DNA of 64,000 nucleotides, taken from assembly GCF_004010195.1 (NCBI RefSeq), contig NC_057735.1, positions 7,437,237-7,501,236 of the forward strand, in the 5' to 3' direction. Shown here one piece after another: positions 1 through 11,517 of the stretch. The notes below the pieces were generated by a model. It was given only the letters and a program-made list of their open reading frames with translations, made no database searches and was not told the DNA's origin. The stretch comes from Chiloscyllium plagiosum. Its lineage: Eukaryota. Position numbers and translations under genes: made by a program. Each line of letters starts with the position of its first letter. Positions within the stretch are counted from its first letter, which is position 1.

Positions 1-714
1 AATGAGAGGGCACCAACAGGTTTTAAGGAAACTAAGGACGGATTAACTATTCTTGGGTGTGTCAATGCTACAGGCACACACAAAGTGAAATTGGCAGTGA
101 TTGGGAAAACAAACTTCCGAGATGTCTTAAAGGTGTACGCAATTTGCCTGTGCATTATTATGCAAACAAGAAAGCATGGGTAACCAGAGAAATTTTTTAC
201 GATTGATTCAGTAAACACTTCGTACTAGCGGCACAAGCTCATTGCCGACAAGCTGGACTAGAAGAAAAGTGTAAAATTTTATTGTTCCTGGACAACTGCT
301 CTGCACATCCCCCTGCCGAACAACTTGTGAAAAGTAATGTTTTTAGCATTTACTTGCCCCCGAATGTGACATCAGTATTACAGCCTTGTGACCAAGGAAT
401 TTTAGGCTCCATGAAGAGCAAGTATAAAAAATACTTAAACAGTATACTTGCTGCAGTCAGCAGAGAGGTAAGATTTCAAGACTTCATGAAAGAGTTTACA
501 GGGGAACCTCGATTATCCAAATGAGATAGGCGGGATTAAATGCCTTTCCTCTGGGGTTTGGAGCTTCTAAAGTCTGCTCCCCGTTCAGGAGACTGCAGCA
601 GTACACAGCGTGCAAGGCCCTGCCCCCAACCCTGCTCCCGGCCAACACAGCATCCACGCCCATCCCCAGCCGTCCAACACCTCCCCCCGCCCCCAATCCA
701 ATCCCCCCCAACCC

Positions 715-817
715 NNNNNNNNNNNNNNNNNNNNNNNNNNNNNNNNNNNNNNNNNNNNNNNNNNNNNNNNNNNNNNNNNNNNNNNNNNNNNNNNNNNNNN
801 NNNNNNNNNNNNNNNNN
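715..817. other. Assembly gap (N run) within C-rich low-complexity sequence
   Basis: Run of n characters flanked by poly-C-rich tracts. Confidence 0.99.
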
Positions 818-1223
818 CCCAACCCCACCCAACCCCGCACCCTCAGCCCCTGTCCAACAAAGCCCCCGCCCTTTTCTGGGGCAGCCGGACCGTACACCAA
901 CAATAAAACTGTTGCAGTTGCAGCTGTTGCAGCTGCCTTTGTGGGGTAAGTCTCCAGATAGTACACACACACACACAGCCACACACATAACTTTTTACTG
1001 CAACTTTTTGACAGGTTCCACCTCTGCCCTGTACAGGACAATGTTAGAGAGATTATCTGGGGAATGGGGGTGGTGGGCGCAGTTTAGGGTACACCCATCT
1101 GTAGAACTCCAGGGAAAGTGTGAGGAGAGAGAGAGGGCGGGAGGTCAGTCATTTGGTGACAGTGTCTGTTTAATCATTGTAAACAAAAGACGCAATCACT
1201 GTTGGAAACACGGCTTTGATGTA

Positions 1224-1541
1224 ATTAGATTAGATTAGATTACTTACAGTGTGGAAACAGGCCCTTCGGCCCAACAAGTCCACACCACCCCGCCGAAGCG
1301 TAACCCACCCATACCCCTACATCTACCCCTTACCTAACATTATGGGCAATTTAGCATGGCCAATCCACCTGATGTGCACACCTTTGGACTGTGGGAGGAA
1401 ACCGGAGCACCCGGAGGAAACCCACGCAGACACAGGGAGAACGTGCAAACTTCACACAGTCAGTCGCCTGAGGCGGGAAATGAACCTGGGTCTCTGGCGC
1501 TGTGAGGCAACAGTGCTAACTACTGTGCCACCGTGCCGCCC
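1224..1541 (-). mobile_element. HE1-type tRNA-derived SINE nested in the MITE
   Basis: Minus strand starts GGGCGGCACGGTGGCACAGTAGTTAGCAC (tRNA-like head) and ends in a (TAATC)n tail; near-identical to copies at 15344 and 28230. Confidence 0.9.
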
Positions 1542-2636
1542 ACCAATGTTTCTATTAGGACCTCAAGATCTCCTTCTGATAATCCAATTTTCGGATAATT
1601 GGTATTCAGATAATCGAGGTTCCTCTGTAGTCTTAAGAATGTCATTTACGTAGTTGCTAACGCTTGGAATGATGGTGATAAAGCAACATTAACAACTGCT
1701 TGGCACAGACTCTGGCCTACAACGATGTTTCTTGTAAATGAACCTGCAGATGAAGGGCTTGAAGGATTTCATGTCACTGAAGAGAAAAAGATGATAGCAA
1801 GCCTTGTTACTTACACACAAAATTTATCAGACGAAAGTGTAAATAAATTACATGAAGTTGACATCAAAGAAATGCTGACCATTGACAATGATATGCCTGA
1901 CGTGCATTCCTAGAGTGATGGGAACATTACTGAAATATGGGTTCCTGTACAGGTAAGTGTGAGGATAGTAGTGATGATGACGACGACGATGATGAGTTAG
2001 TGAACATGGTTGAAAAAGTCCCCATTGATGATATGGTGACAATGTGTGATCAGTTAAATGCTGGCCTTGAACAACGTGCATTTATCAGAGAGCAAGAGAT
2101 TATGGCAATTTACTCAATTAAAGAGAGATTGTTTGGAAAGGAACCCATGTTAATGAGACAGATGACACTTGAAGAAGCCTTTTAAACTGCCGCCTGCCAT
2201 AGTACTGAAGCTATGTATGTTTAAGTTTTACCGAACATGTTTATTGGAATGATTTTTGTGGAAATAAAACTTTGTTGAATATTTATAGTCGATGTATTTC
2301 ATGAATATGTATATAATACTCTATAAATAAGCTTTGTGCATTTATGTTTTCCAGAATGTTTTTCTTCGAATGTCTTTTCTGGAAATAAAATGTCGTTGAA
2401 CATTTATGGTCAATGTATTTCATTTATTGGTACACTACTCTATAAATAAAGTGTGATAGCATTTCTAGTCTTTATTTATCCCGCTTAGTGTCAGTATTCA
2501 TATGTTTTTGCTGCAGTACAGTATTTATTTTTGATTACGAGTTGCTGCCCTGCACATAATTCCGATTTCTGCAAAGCAGCTGGTCCCGAGCATTTCAGAT
2601 AAAGGGATATGTACCTGTACTGAGACACAGTGAAAA

Positions 2637-3861
2637 GTGTTGTTTTGTGTGCTGTGCAGGCGGATTGTACCATAAGTGCATCATGGGAGCAGAACACAGT
2701 GCAGAATACTGTTACAGCCATAGAGAAGGTGCAGAAAGAGAGAGGTCAACACTAGCATGTGAGAGGTCAGTGCAAAAATCTAATAACAGCGAGAAAGAAG
2801 CTGTTCTTGAAAGTACTTGAAATACATGCATTCAATCTTTTATAACTTTTGCCTGATGGAAGACAGTGCAAGAGAGTAGAACCGGGTTTGGGAGGTGTGA
2901 GAAATGAAAGCCCACTCACATCAATAATTTCAGTCCGAGACCAAATTTCTGAATCAGCCGTTTATTTGTACACCTATAGGTGGGTGCTTTGTCTAATTGC
3001 CAGGTAAGGCAATGACAAAATGCACAGTATATCCCAAAAAACCCTTGCAATTTATACAGTTTCTTTTCCCATATGTTTTCCTTATTCCATTGTTTGTTCC
3101 CTGCTTCGCTTACATCACTCATTTCCTTAAGATAGATCCCACAACTTCTGTTTATCCTGTCTTGTCCGTGACAAACTCTTATCTCTGACTCCCATCAGGG
3201 TGTTTGACGTCAGTCTATTGTAGATTATTGATTAGGCATATCGTGTTGTTTTGTGTGCTGTGCAGGCGGATTGTATCATACAAAGTGCATCATGGGAGCA
3301 GAACACATTGCAGAATACTGTTACAGCCATAGAGAAGGTGCAGAAAGAGAGAGGTCAACACTAACATGTGAGAGGTCAGTGCAAAAATCTAATAACAGCG
3401 TGAAAGAAGCTGTTCTTGAAAGTACTTGAAAGTTCTTGAAATACATGCATTCAATCTTTTATAACTTTTGCCTGATGGAAGACAGTGCAAGAGAGTAGAA
3501 CCGGGTTTGGGAGGTGTGAGAAACGAAAGCCCACTCACATCAATAATTTCAGTCCGAGACCAAATTTCTGAATCAGCCGTTTATTTGTACACCTATAGGT
3601 GGGTGCTTTGTCTAATTGCCAGGTAAGGCAATGACAAAATGCACAGTATATCCCAAAAAACCCTTGCAATTTATACAGTTTCTTTTCCCATATGTTTTCC
3701 TTATTCCATTGTTTGTTCCCTGCTTCGCTTACATCACTCATTTCCTTAAGATAGATCCCACAACTTCTGTTTATCCTGTCTTGTCCGTGACAAACTCTTA
3801 TCTCTGACTCCCATCAGGGTGTTTGACGTCAGTCTATTGTAGATTATTGATTAGGCATATC
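2637..3861 (+). repeat. Tandem duplication of a ~610-bp unit (2637-3242 and 3243-3861)
   Basis: Both units run gtgttgttttgtgtgctg...ttaggcatatc; identical ORFs at offset 619; few substitutions and two small indels. Confidence 0.95.
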
Positions 3862-3869
3862 TTTTCTTC

Positions 3870-4058
3870 TATCAGCATCTATTTCCATCCAGAGGCTTCC
3901 CTGAGACAGCAGGAAGTATAGATGGAGTCAATGGATGGAAGGCTAGTTTGTGTGATGGACTGGGCTATGGTCATGACTCTCTGTAGTTTCTTACAGTCTT
4001 GGACAGAGCATTGCCACACCACACTGTGATGCATCTGGATAGGATGCTTTCTAAGGTA
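3870..4058 (-). mobile_element. Rex1/Babar-like LINE 3' fragment (continues in 2618-2897)
   Basis: Minus-strand translation LESILSRCITVWCGNA resembles the conserved post-RT motif of Rex1/Babar-type LINEs; homologous + strand copy at 33830-34310. Confidence 0.6.
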
Positions 4059-4310
4059 CTTTCTATTTCAATCTCTGTCCTTCCCTCAGGACCCAAACCA
4101 CAGCTGGTGACAACGGTCTCTGCACAGTGTGACATCCTCTTTAACCACAAAGGGATGTCCTGAGTCACTTCCTCTTGCCTCGGTTGTTGCCATGGTTCAG
4201 GTGACCACACATACCAGCTGTGCTTTGTTCTACAAGGCAGCAGAATGAGGGGAGGTTTGCTTTCAACTATATTATCCCTCTAATACAGGGACTAATATTG
4301 GTAATATAAT
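4046..4310 (-). promoter_or_regulatory. Candidate haematopoietic enhancer/promoter module, copy A
   Basis: CACTTCCTCT (PU.1/Ets) 4166-4175 overlapping TGAGTCA (AP-1) 4161-4167; AACCACA (RUNX) at 4096 and 4143; CAGCTG/CAGGTG E-boxes; ~94% identical to inverted copy B. Confidence 0.5.
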
Positions 4311-4959
4311 TACAGCACGATCTGCCTGTAGGGAACGCAAAACAACACTTGACACATGTACCGAGCTACAGTGAAAATGACAATAAATAAATCAAAATAT
4401 ATGAAATGAAATAAATCAGATAAATAAAGCCTGAAATCAGCAGGGAAAATAGCTATCACAGGATGTATAAAGTATTTTGCTCACTGTGAGAGCTTGTAGC
4501 TACCATGGATTGCTCTCAGCTAGTTTATGTCTGGAGTTGGAAATGTAGGCCTCAGAAGGGGTGTGTTCTCCTTCATGGCATGCAATGCTTTGATGTTGAA
4601 TTAATTTTCTCAGAGCGGCCCTGGCATCTTCGGGTTGTAAATTGATATCTTGTTCCATTGAAATTTTTACTGAGCTGTAAGGTACACAGAAAGGTGCCTT
4701 GGGGCAGCTCTTTCTGGATTGTTTTTCACTTAATCTTATCCTTCTGAACCTCCTCAGAACCCCCTCCACAATCTTTCTCACATTCCACTGTCACCCTCAT
4801 AACAGTTTTTGCTCTAACTGCTCCAGTTTTGGTGATCAAACTCACTATCAATAATTCTGTAGCATTTGCCAATCCTATTCTAGCTTCTGGTTTCACTTAG
4901 GGGCCATTCCACATGTATTTACCCAGATGTTGAAGACTACTGCAGTCAATGAGGTGTTG

Positions 4960-5405
4960 ATAGAGCCACAGTCAACTCAGCCCCAGAACATCTCTGGAGG
5001 AGTTCTTCAAGGTTAGAGTCTTAGGCCTAATCACTTATAGTTACATCATCAATGACCAATAAAGGAAAGCGTACCAAACATCTTCTTCACTATCCTATCT
5101 ACCTGTGACTCCACTTTCAAGAAGCTATGAACCTGCACTCCAAGGACTCTTTGTTCAGCAACACTCCCTAGAACCTTATCATTAAGTGTATCAGTCCTGC
5201 TCTGATTTGCTTTTCCAAAATGCAACATTTCGCATTTATCTAAATTAAACTCCATCTGTCAGTCTTCAGCCCATTGGCCCATCTGACCAAGATCCTATTG
5301 TAACCTGAGGTAATCTTCTTCGCTGTCCACTACACCTCCAATTTTGGTGTCATCTGCAAACATACGAACTAAACCTCCTATGTTAACATCCAAATCATTT
5401 ATATA
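4960..5405 (-). mobile_element. CR1/HER1-type LINE RT C-terminal fragment
   Basis: ORF 5049-5255 MEFNLDKCEMLHFGKAN...QRVLGVQVH is typical of CR1 ORF2 after the FADD motif. Confidence 0.85.
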
Positions 5406-5920
5406 TGCCATGTCTAACCTACTAACCACTCTACCTTATATTAAAAATATCTCAGAAGTGACAGCCAGACTTTTCTGACACTTTAGATTCATGATAACCC
5501 ATAAACTGACAACAATGCTCAGACAACAACTCACCATAACAAAAGACCCTATACCCATCATATGCAAGACTAACGTAACTTATAAGATTCCATGCAAAGA
5601 CTGCATGAAACACTACATAGGACAAACAGGCAGACACTTAGCAATCCGTACCCACGATATCCAACTAGCCACAAAGCGACAGGACAAGCTGACCCAAGTA
5701 GCTACTTGTCATACACAGATGACAAGGACCACAAATTCGACTGGGACAAAACAATGATCATAGAACACACCAAACAGAGGACAGCCAAATAATTTCTAGA
5801 AACATGGCACCCATCCACGGACTCCATCAATAAACACATAGACCCAGACCCAACATACCGGCCACTACAACAAACACCCAGAATTGGCAACTGGAAGCAG
5901 CAGGAATTGAACCGTTTATC
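5406..5920 (+). mobile_element. Penelope-like element GIY-YIG endonuclease fragment
   Basis: TLPYIKNISEVTARL...KDPIP...NVTYKIPCKDCMKHYIGQTGRHLAIR...KFDWDK...FLETWH: PLE GIY-YIG endonuclease motifs with frameshifts. Confidence 0.9.
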
Positions 5921-6444
5921 CCTTCTTCGGTTCTGGGCGAGCCAAAGTGTTAATCCTGTTATCACTCCATAGATTTCCATATACTAGAAACTGACTCATT
6001 CAGAATTCAGATGGAGTCATGACCCTGATTCTGAATTAAGGAGGACTTTAACATGTTTGAATGTCACAGTTTAATTTTTGACAGAGGAGAAACTGTTTCT
6101 TCATCATTGATTTCAATGGGAAACAATAGGGTGGTCAGAAAAGTAGAGAAGTGCCTTTTTCCTGAGCAGCAGTACATATATCCTTACATACTCTTGACAT
6201 TGACAATGACCACTTGCATTATTTGCTAGAGAAGATAACTGTCAGCAGCAGGTAAACAAAAATTCACCTTCAAACTGCATTTGCATAGTGTGGAAAGAGA
6301 TCAATTGGTTGCACTCTGATTTCTGATTTCAGTGGGCTGTGAATTCAAATGCCATTTCAAAGATTCCAGTTCATATTGATACCCCTGCCTAGCCCTGATA
6401 TAGTGCTGTGCTGCTGGAGGGACTGTTGGGATGTTATACTACAG

Positions 6445-6656
6445 CTGAAACTTTATTGCTGGAACAGCACAGCAGGTCAGGCAGCATCTAGGGAACAGAA
6501 GATTCGACGTTTCGGGCACATGCCCTTCTTCCTGAAGAAGGGCATGTGCCCGAAACATCGAATCTTCTGTTCCCTAGATGCTGCCTGACCTGCTGTGCTG
6601 TTCCAGCAATAAAGTTTCAGCTTTGATCTCCAGCGTCTGCAGACCTCACTTTCTCC
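6445..6656. mobile_element. Palindromic Penelope pseudo-LTR insertion (family A) with hammerhead-like core
   Basis: ~85-bp inverted arms; TSD atgttatactacag at 6431-6444 and 6657-6670; CTGAAGA-A-GGGC-atgt-GCCC-GAAA at 6532. Confidence 0.8.
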
Positions 6657-7600
6657 ATGTTATACTACAGACCCTGACATCCCTCAGCTGGTACAATTCA
6701 AGGAAGAGCAGGAAAATCCTCTCAATATCTCATAAACTTCAACCCTCGGCTAACACAATGGTAAGCAGATTATCTGGTGGTAATATATGTGTGAATTTCT
6801 CGTGTGCACAAATTAGTTTCTGTTTCCCTACATTCCAACCATGTATACAATAAAGAGAAGTACTTTTTAGGTTGTGCAGTACTGTAGGTTGTGCTGAGTT
6901 TTATGAAAGGTGCAGAATCAATACAATTTATTTTGATATTTTGAAACAAATGAATGACCTAAATCGCATTTGAAGCACTTCTCTGCACTTTCAATGGATG
7001 TGGGGGGTCTTGGAAACTAGCAACATGGAACATTATTATTCAATGACAGAAATTACTAACGGGATTTGCAGAGTGCACTACTGATGGGTAAGGTTTCCCA
7101 TCAAGAACAAAATACCCATCCCAAAGACAGGAAATTAATATTGCCAATATTAGTAAGTTACAGTTCAATGTGCTCAAGCGATTATTATAAGAGCAACACT
7201 ACATAAAAGGGGGAACTCATAATATTGACAATTTGTTGACTATAGAGTTATAGTGAATGGTGGTATGACTTTTGACCCTTCAGCAGCAGGAGAGTCCACT
7301 AGGATCTGAGCAAGTCCCCTGGAGAGGAGGATCTAGGTTACAGTCGGGGACATGCTATCGGTCCTGAGAGAGATGGGTGGGACTCTGGGATGTGTTATAA
7401 TAGGTGGTTCTGAGAGGTTTTAAAAAGATGTACCTACATCTTTTTGCTGGTCCCATTTGGCAAGATTATGCACATAACATCTTTGGCAGGATATCAGTTG
7501 AATCTTGAGTAAACAGTAGGTAGGTAACCAAAATGCCTCTTTAGCAGGTTAAGTTAGGAATTGTAAATTCTCTCATACATAGATTTCTGTAGTGTTGAAC

Positions 7601-7915
7601 TTAGATTAGATTCCCTGCAGTATGGAAACAGGCCCTTCGGCCCAACAAGTCCACACCGACCCTCCGAAGAGTAACCCACCCAGGCCCATTTCCCTCTGAC
7701 TAATGCACCTAACACTATGGGCAATTTAGCATGGCCAATTCACCTGACCTGCAATCTTTGGACTTATGGGAGGAAACCAGAGCATCCGGAGGAAACCCAC
7801 GCAGACATGGGGAGAATGTGTAAACTCCACACAGACAGTCACCCGAGGCTGGAATCAAACTTGGGACCCTGGTGCAGTGAGGCAGCAGTGCTAACTACTG
7901 AGCTACCATGCCACC
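7601..7915 (-). mobile_element. HE1-type SINE
   Basis: Same head, body and tail as the other copies. Confidence 0.88.
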
Positions 7916-8307
7916 GAGAGCTAAAGTGCAGAGTTTAACTCTTGCTCACATAGAACCTTCAAAGTCCTTAAAGGAACAGCTGCTGGTCTCCATGTACCCA
8001 TCTGCCAAAGGAAATTTACCTGGGAAGCTGTTTGGCTGTCCTGAGTTTGTGGAATGTTTTGCATCAATGCACATTATTTATTATATTTTAAACAAATGTT
8101 TGATTGAAGTATATTGAAGGCAATGATCTGAATGCTCACTCAAGGAGGCCACCCCTCTTCTGCCTGCAATTAGACTCACTAAAATAAAATATTCAGTAAA
8201 TCCACTGCTAGTGAGTGAGGTTTCCTGCCAATGTCTGAAAAAAACAGTGAACCCACTCTTAGATGCATGATATGAGCATTTTCAATATTGCCGGGTGACA
8301 GGTTAAT

Positions 8308-8561
8308 GTTAGATTAAATTGCTTACAGTGTGAAAACAGGCCCTTTGGCCCAACAAGTCCACACCACCCCTCCGAAGAGCAACCCACTAAGACCCATTTA
8401 CCCCTTCACCTAATACTACGGGCAATTTAGCATAGCCAATTCACCTAACCTGCACATCTTTGGACTATGGGAGGAAACCAGAGCACCCGCAGGCGGGATT
8501 TGAACCCAGGTCTCGGGCACTGTAAGGTAGCAGTGCTAACCACTGTGCCACCGTGCCACCC
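8308..8561 (-). mobile_element. HE1-type SINE, internally deleted
   Basis: Head and tail present, central ~55 bp missing relative to other copies. Confidence 0.85.
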
Positions 8562-9183
8562 ACAAATATATGCAATGTAACACTCACATATTTAAACAAC
8601 AGGAAATGTATGTTTATGTAGAAACTCTCAGCAAAATTCAGTGCATGTCCACTCATGTCCACACAAAGAAACAGCAGTAATTTTTGGGAGAATTTTCCTG
8701 TGATTCAAGGTAAAACTGACCATCTCTTACCATCGTGGATATCACTCCAGGACAGAACAGTGGCTGCTGTCCTCCATTGTACAGTGGGGGCAGTGACCAG
8801 ATCTGTGGCTGGAACTTTCCTTTCTGTTTAAACATGCCAAGAAAGGGGATCAAGGTTTCCATAAAGATTCGTAGCTTGGGTGCTGCAACTATAACAAGAA
8901 AGGGGATCTCAGGATTATTGTCCATGTTAAGCCCTTTAAATGCTTTTGTATTAACTGAGTATCATCAATGTTCAGACAGAGGAAAGACAAAAATTACAAG
9001 TGAAAATTAAGTTCCTGCTACATTTTTCTTTGTTACTAAACGGGGGGACCTTATACTAAAATTAATTCATCCAAATCCATTATCCTAACAAAGAACTGTG
9101 TGTTCTCTATTTGAGAAAGAGCTCTCTTGGTTGACTACAAATGGTAGACGATGAATCTAATTATTTTCCTTCTGTCTCTATAG

Positions 9184-9226
9184 GATCTGAATACACTTGT
9201 GAAGTTGTCATTGTTATCCATGCCAG
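9184..9226 (+). pseudogene. Possible small orphan exon (SEYTCEVVIVIHA)
   Basis: Good acceptor ttttccttctgtctctatag and donor CAG|gtagga; open in phase 1, matching the phase-1 ends of the C2 exons. Assignment to the Ig receptor family is inference. Confidence 0.3.
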
Positions 9227-11180
9227 GTAGGAGAAACATATTCCCAGACAGTTTCTGAAATGGTGAAAGTCTGAGAAATGCTGAATTATTAAGGGCCTTG
9301 GGTGGCCTTGTTCATGAATCTCTGAAGGTTAACTTGCAGGTACAGCAAAAAATTGTGAAAGAAAATGGTAAGTTGTCATTTATTGCAAGATCCCTTTCAT
9401 ATCTCTCTCATTCTGGGCTCTACTCACCTCTTCCCTTCTCCCCTTTCCCCCTCCATTTTCCATATCCAGTTTTAGGAAAAATAAGTCACTTTTTCCGAGC
9501 TGCTAAGGGTTCTGATGAAGAGTTTGACTTGAAATGTCCATTCTACTTTCTTCCAACAGATGTTGCCAGACCTGCTGAGTTTCTGCAGCAATTAATGTTT
9601 TAGGTTCAGATCTCCTGCAACTGCCATTAATTGCTTTACTTTATTATCAGAGGAATTGAGTATAGAAGTAAAGATGTCTTCTTGCAATCATGGAGATCCT
9701 TGGTGAGACCATGGCTGGAGTATTGTGTGTAGTATGGGTAACCTTCCCCAAATATACTTGCCAGAGGGGGAATGCAACAAAAGGATGGACTGATTATCCA
9801 ATGAAGAAAGAGTAAATAAATCAGGAATATAATCTCTGGAGTTTCAAAGAATCTCATTCAGTCACACAAAATACTTCCAGGGCTCCACAGGGTAGATATA
9901 GGATGATGTTTCCAAAGGTCAGGAGGTCAAGAACAAAGGGAAACAATCTCAGAATAAAAGGCAGGCCATTTAGGACAGGGATAAGGAGGAATATTTTCAC
10001 TCAATCTTTGATATTCACTAACTAAGTGATGCTGGTGTTTCTGTTAGCATTGCATTCAACTCTTAATAAATGAAGAGATAAATTAGAAAGGTTTATTATA
10101 CATTAGTAATTCCTGATTTAAGACTATAATTTATCAGGATGGGGAAATTGGGGCTGGGTTTCAACAATGTTGTTAGCTTCCTTACAAAGCTGCTATTTTT
10201 GCTTATAGGAATTCAAAATAAAGAATTCAGTATTTTCTGTTTGCCACCTCCCAGAGGCTTTCATTCTCCATGTTAGCTCCTTCACCATTCATCGAATCCC
10301 ATGGAGCTGTAGTTGTCATATTTCAGAAATTATTCATCCTGTTCATTCCGGAATATCATTGACAGGTATGTTACATGCTCTGTCATCTTCTCCTCCTCTG
10401 TTCTCTCATGTTAAATATTATTCCCAAACTGGGAAGGTGGAAGGCTGTCTGGTTCCAGCTGGTTAAGCCTTGCCTGTTAGAAGGTGCAGGAGCAGTGTGC
10501 GATGATGATATTCTGAGTTCCTCCCTGACTGAAGAGACATCTCAGCCATTGGAATATTACACCAGAATGCAGTCCCTCCCACAAATATCGATCCATGTCT
10601 AATAATCCTCATGTATAACATTGTACTGAGCATTACAGGATGCACTACAGAAATGTGTTTCATTAGATCGTCATCAAATGATCATGATAAATTAAACCGC
10701 TATTTAGTTTTCCTGCTTAAGTCCCTTATTGTGCTATTTTCCTTGGCTTTAATATTCTAAGATTATAATGCAAATTGTGAATAATTGTTTAAAACATGAA
10801 GTAATCTTGTTTCCATAAGTAATTTTGTGTGTCTTCACTGTTGCCCTGTTAAGTTGCCTGGAATTTGATGCAATGGGTGCTCTTCATTCTCATGGTGTTT
10901 ACAGCTGTTTCTGATACAACATATACTCGAAAATCTAAGATGAGGATTGTGTATTTTATAAGAACCATTTTGAGCACTTTGTAAACACTCCATTAATTAC
11001 ATCCCACTCCATAGATATCTGGACCAGGGAACAAAGTCTCAGAACAGGGTCTCACCCCCTCCACACAGAGGGGGTGAGACTTTGAATTCACTACCCCAGA
11101 GGGCTGTGGAAGCAGACTACTGAATATGTTTAAGACAGAGAAGCTAGACTTCCAGTTTCTGAAATTTTCTAATGAAATAA

Positions 11181-11517
11181 AGGGATATGGGGATAATGCA
11201 GTGATATGATTTTACAGCAGCTGATTAGCCATGGTGAAGGGCTATGGGGATAGTGCAGTGATATAATGTTGTAGTAGCTGAATAGCCATGGTGAAGGGGT
11301 ATGGGGATAGAGCGGTGATATAATGTTGCAGGAGCTGATTAACCATGGTGAAGGGCTATGGGGATAGTGCGGTGATATAATGTTGCAGGAGCTGATTAGC
11401 CATGGTGAAGGGGTATGGGGATAGAGCGGTGATATAATGTTGCAGCAACTGATTAGCCATGGTGAAGGGGTATGGGGACAGTGCGGTGATATAATGTTGC
11501 AGCAGCTGATTAGCCAT
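11181..11517 (+). repeat. 57-bp minisatellite, about 6 units, derived from a CR1 3' end
   Basis: ctgattagccatggtgaagg-like motif recurs at 11221, 11278, 11335, 11392, 11449; minus-strand ORF repeats 19 aa; directly follows CR1-like 3' sequence (11020-11200). Confidence 0.95.

Larger units (their letters stand above)
499..1627. mobile_element. Non-autonomous Tc1/mariner-pogo type MITE with TIRs and TA target duplication
   Basis: Left end TA|CAGGGGAACCTCGATTATCC (499); right end GATAATCGAGGTTCCTCTG|TA (1627). Excision restores the host transposase frame. Confidence 0.88.
1..2617 (+). mobile_element. Tigger/pogo-family DNA transposon, 3' part with decayed DDE_1 transposase, interrupted at 499-1627
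   Basis: Frame from base 1 reads GFKETKDGLTILGCVNATGTHKVKLAVIGK. ORF 282-524 reads FLDNCSAHP...YLPPNVTSVLQPCDQGI (DDE_1 motifs). After removing the insert it continues KEFSLKNVIYVVANAWND...TAWHRLWP, then an acidic tail (1937-2185). Candidate right TIR CATTTCAGATAAAGGGATATGTACCTG ends at 2617 followed by TA. Frameshifts and stops present. Confidence 0.9.

Noticed and set aside
496-1238. Long Pro/Gly-rich ORFs across the gap
   Set aside because: They span Ns and low-complexity MITE sequence; no domain motifs.
1249-1653. Recurrent peptide MWKQALRP...CGRKPEHPEETHADTGR (also 7717, 15381, 28260, 29756)
   Set aside because: Antisense translation of the HE1 SINE, not a gene family.
10375-10420. MLCHLLLLCSLM as leader exon of the Ig receptor
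   Set aside because: No phase-1 GT donor follows, and it starts just after another candidate donor.
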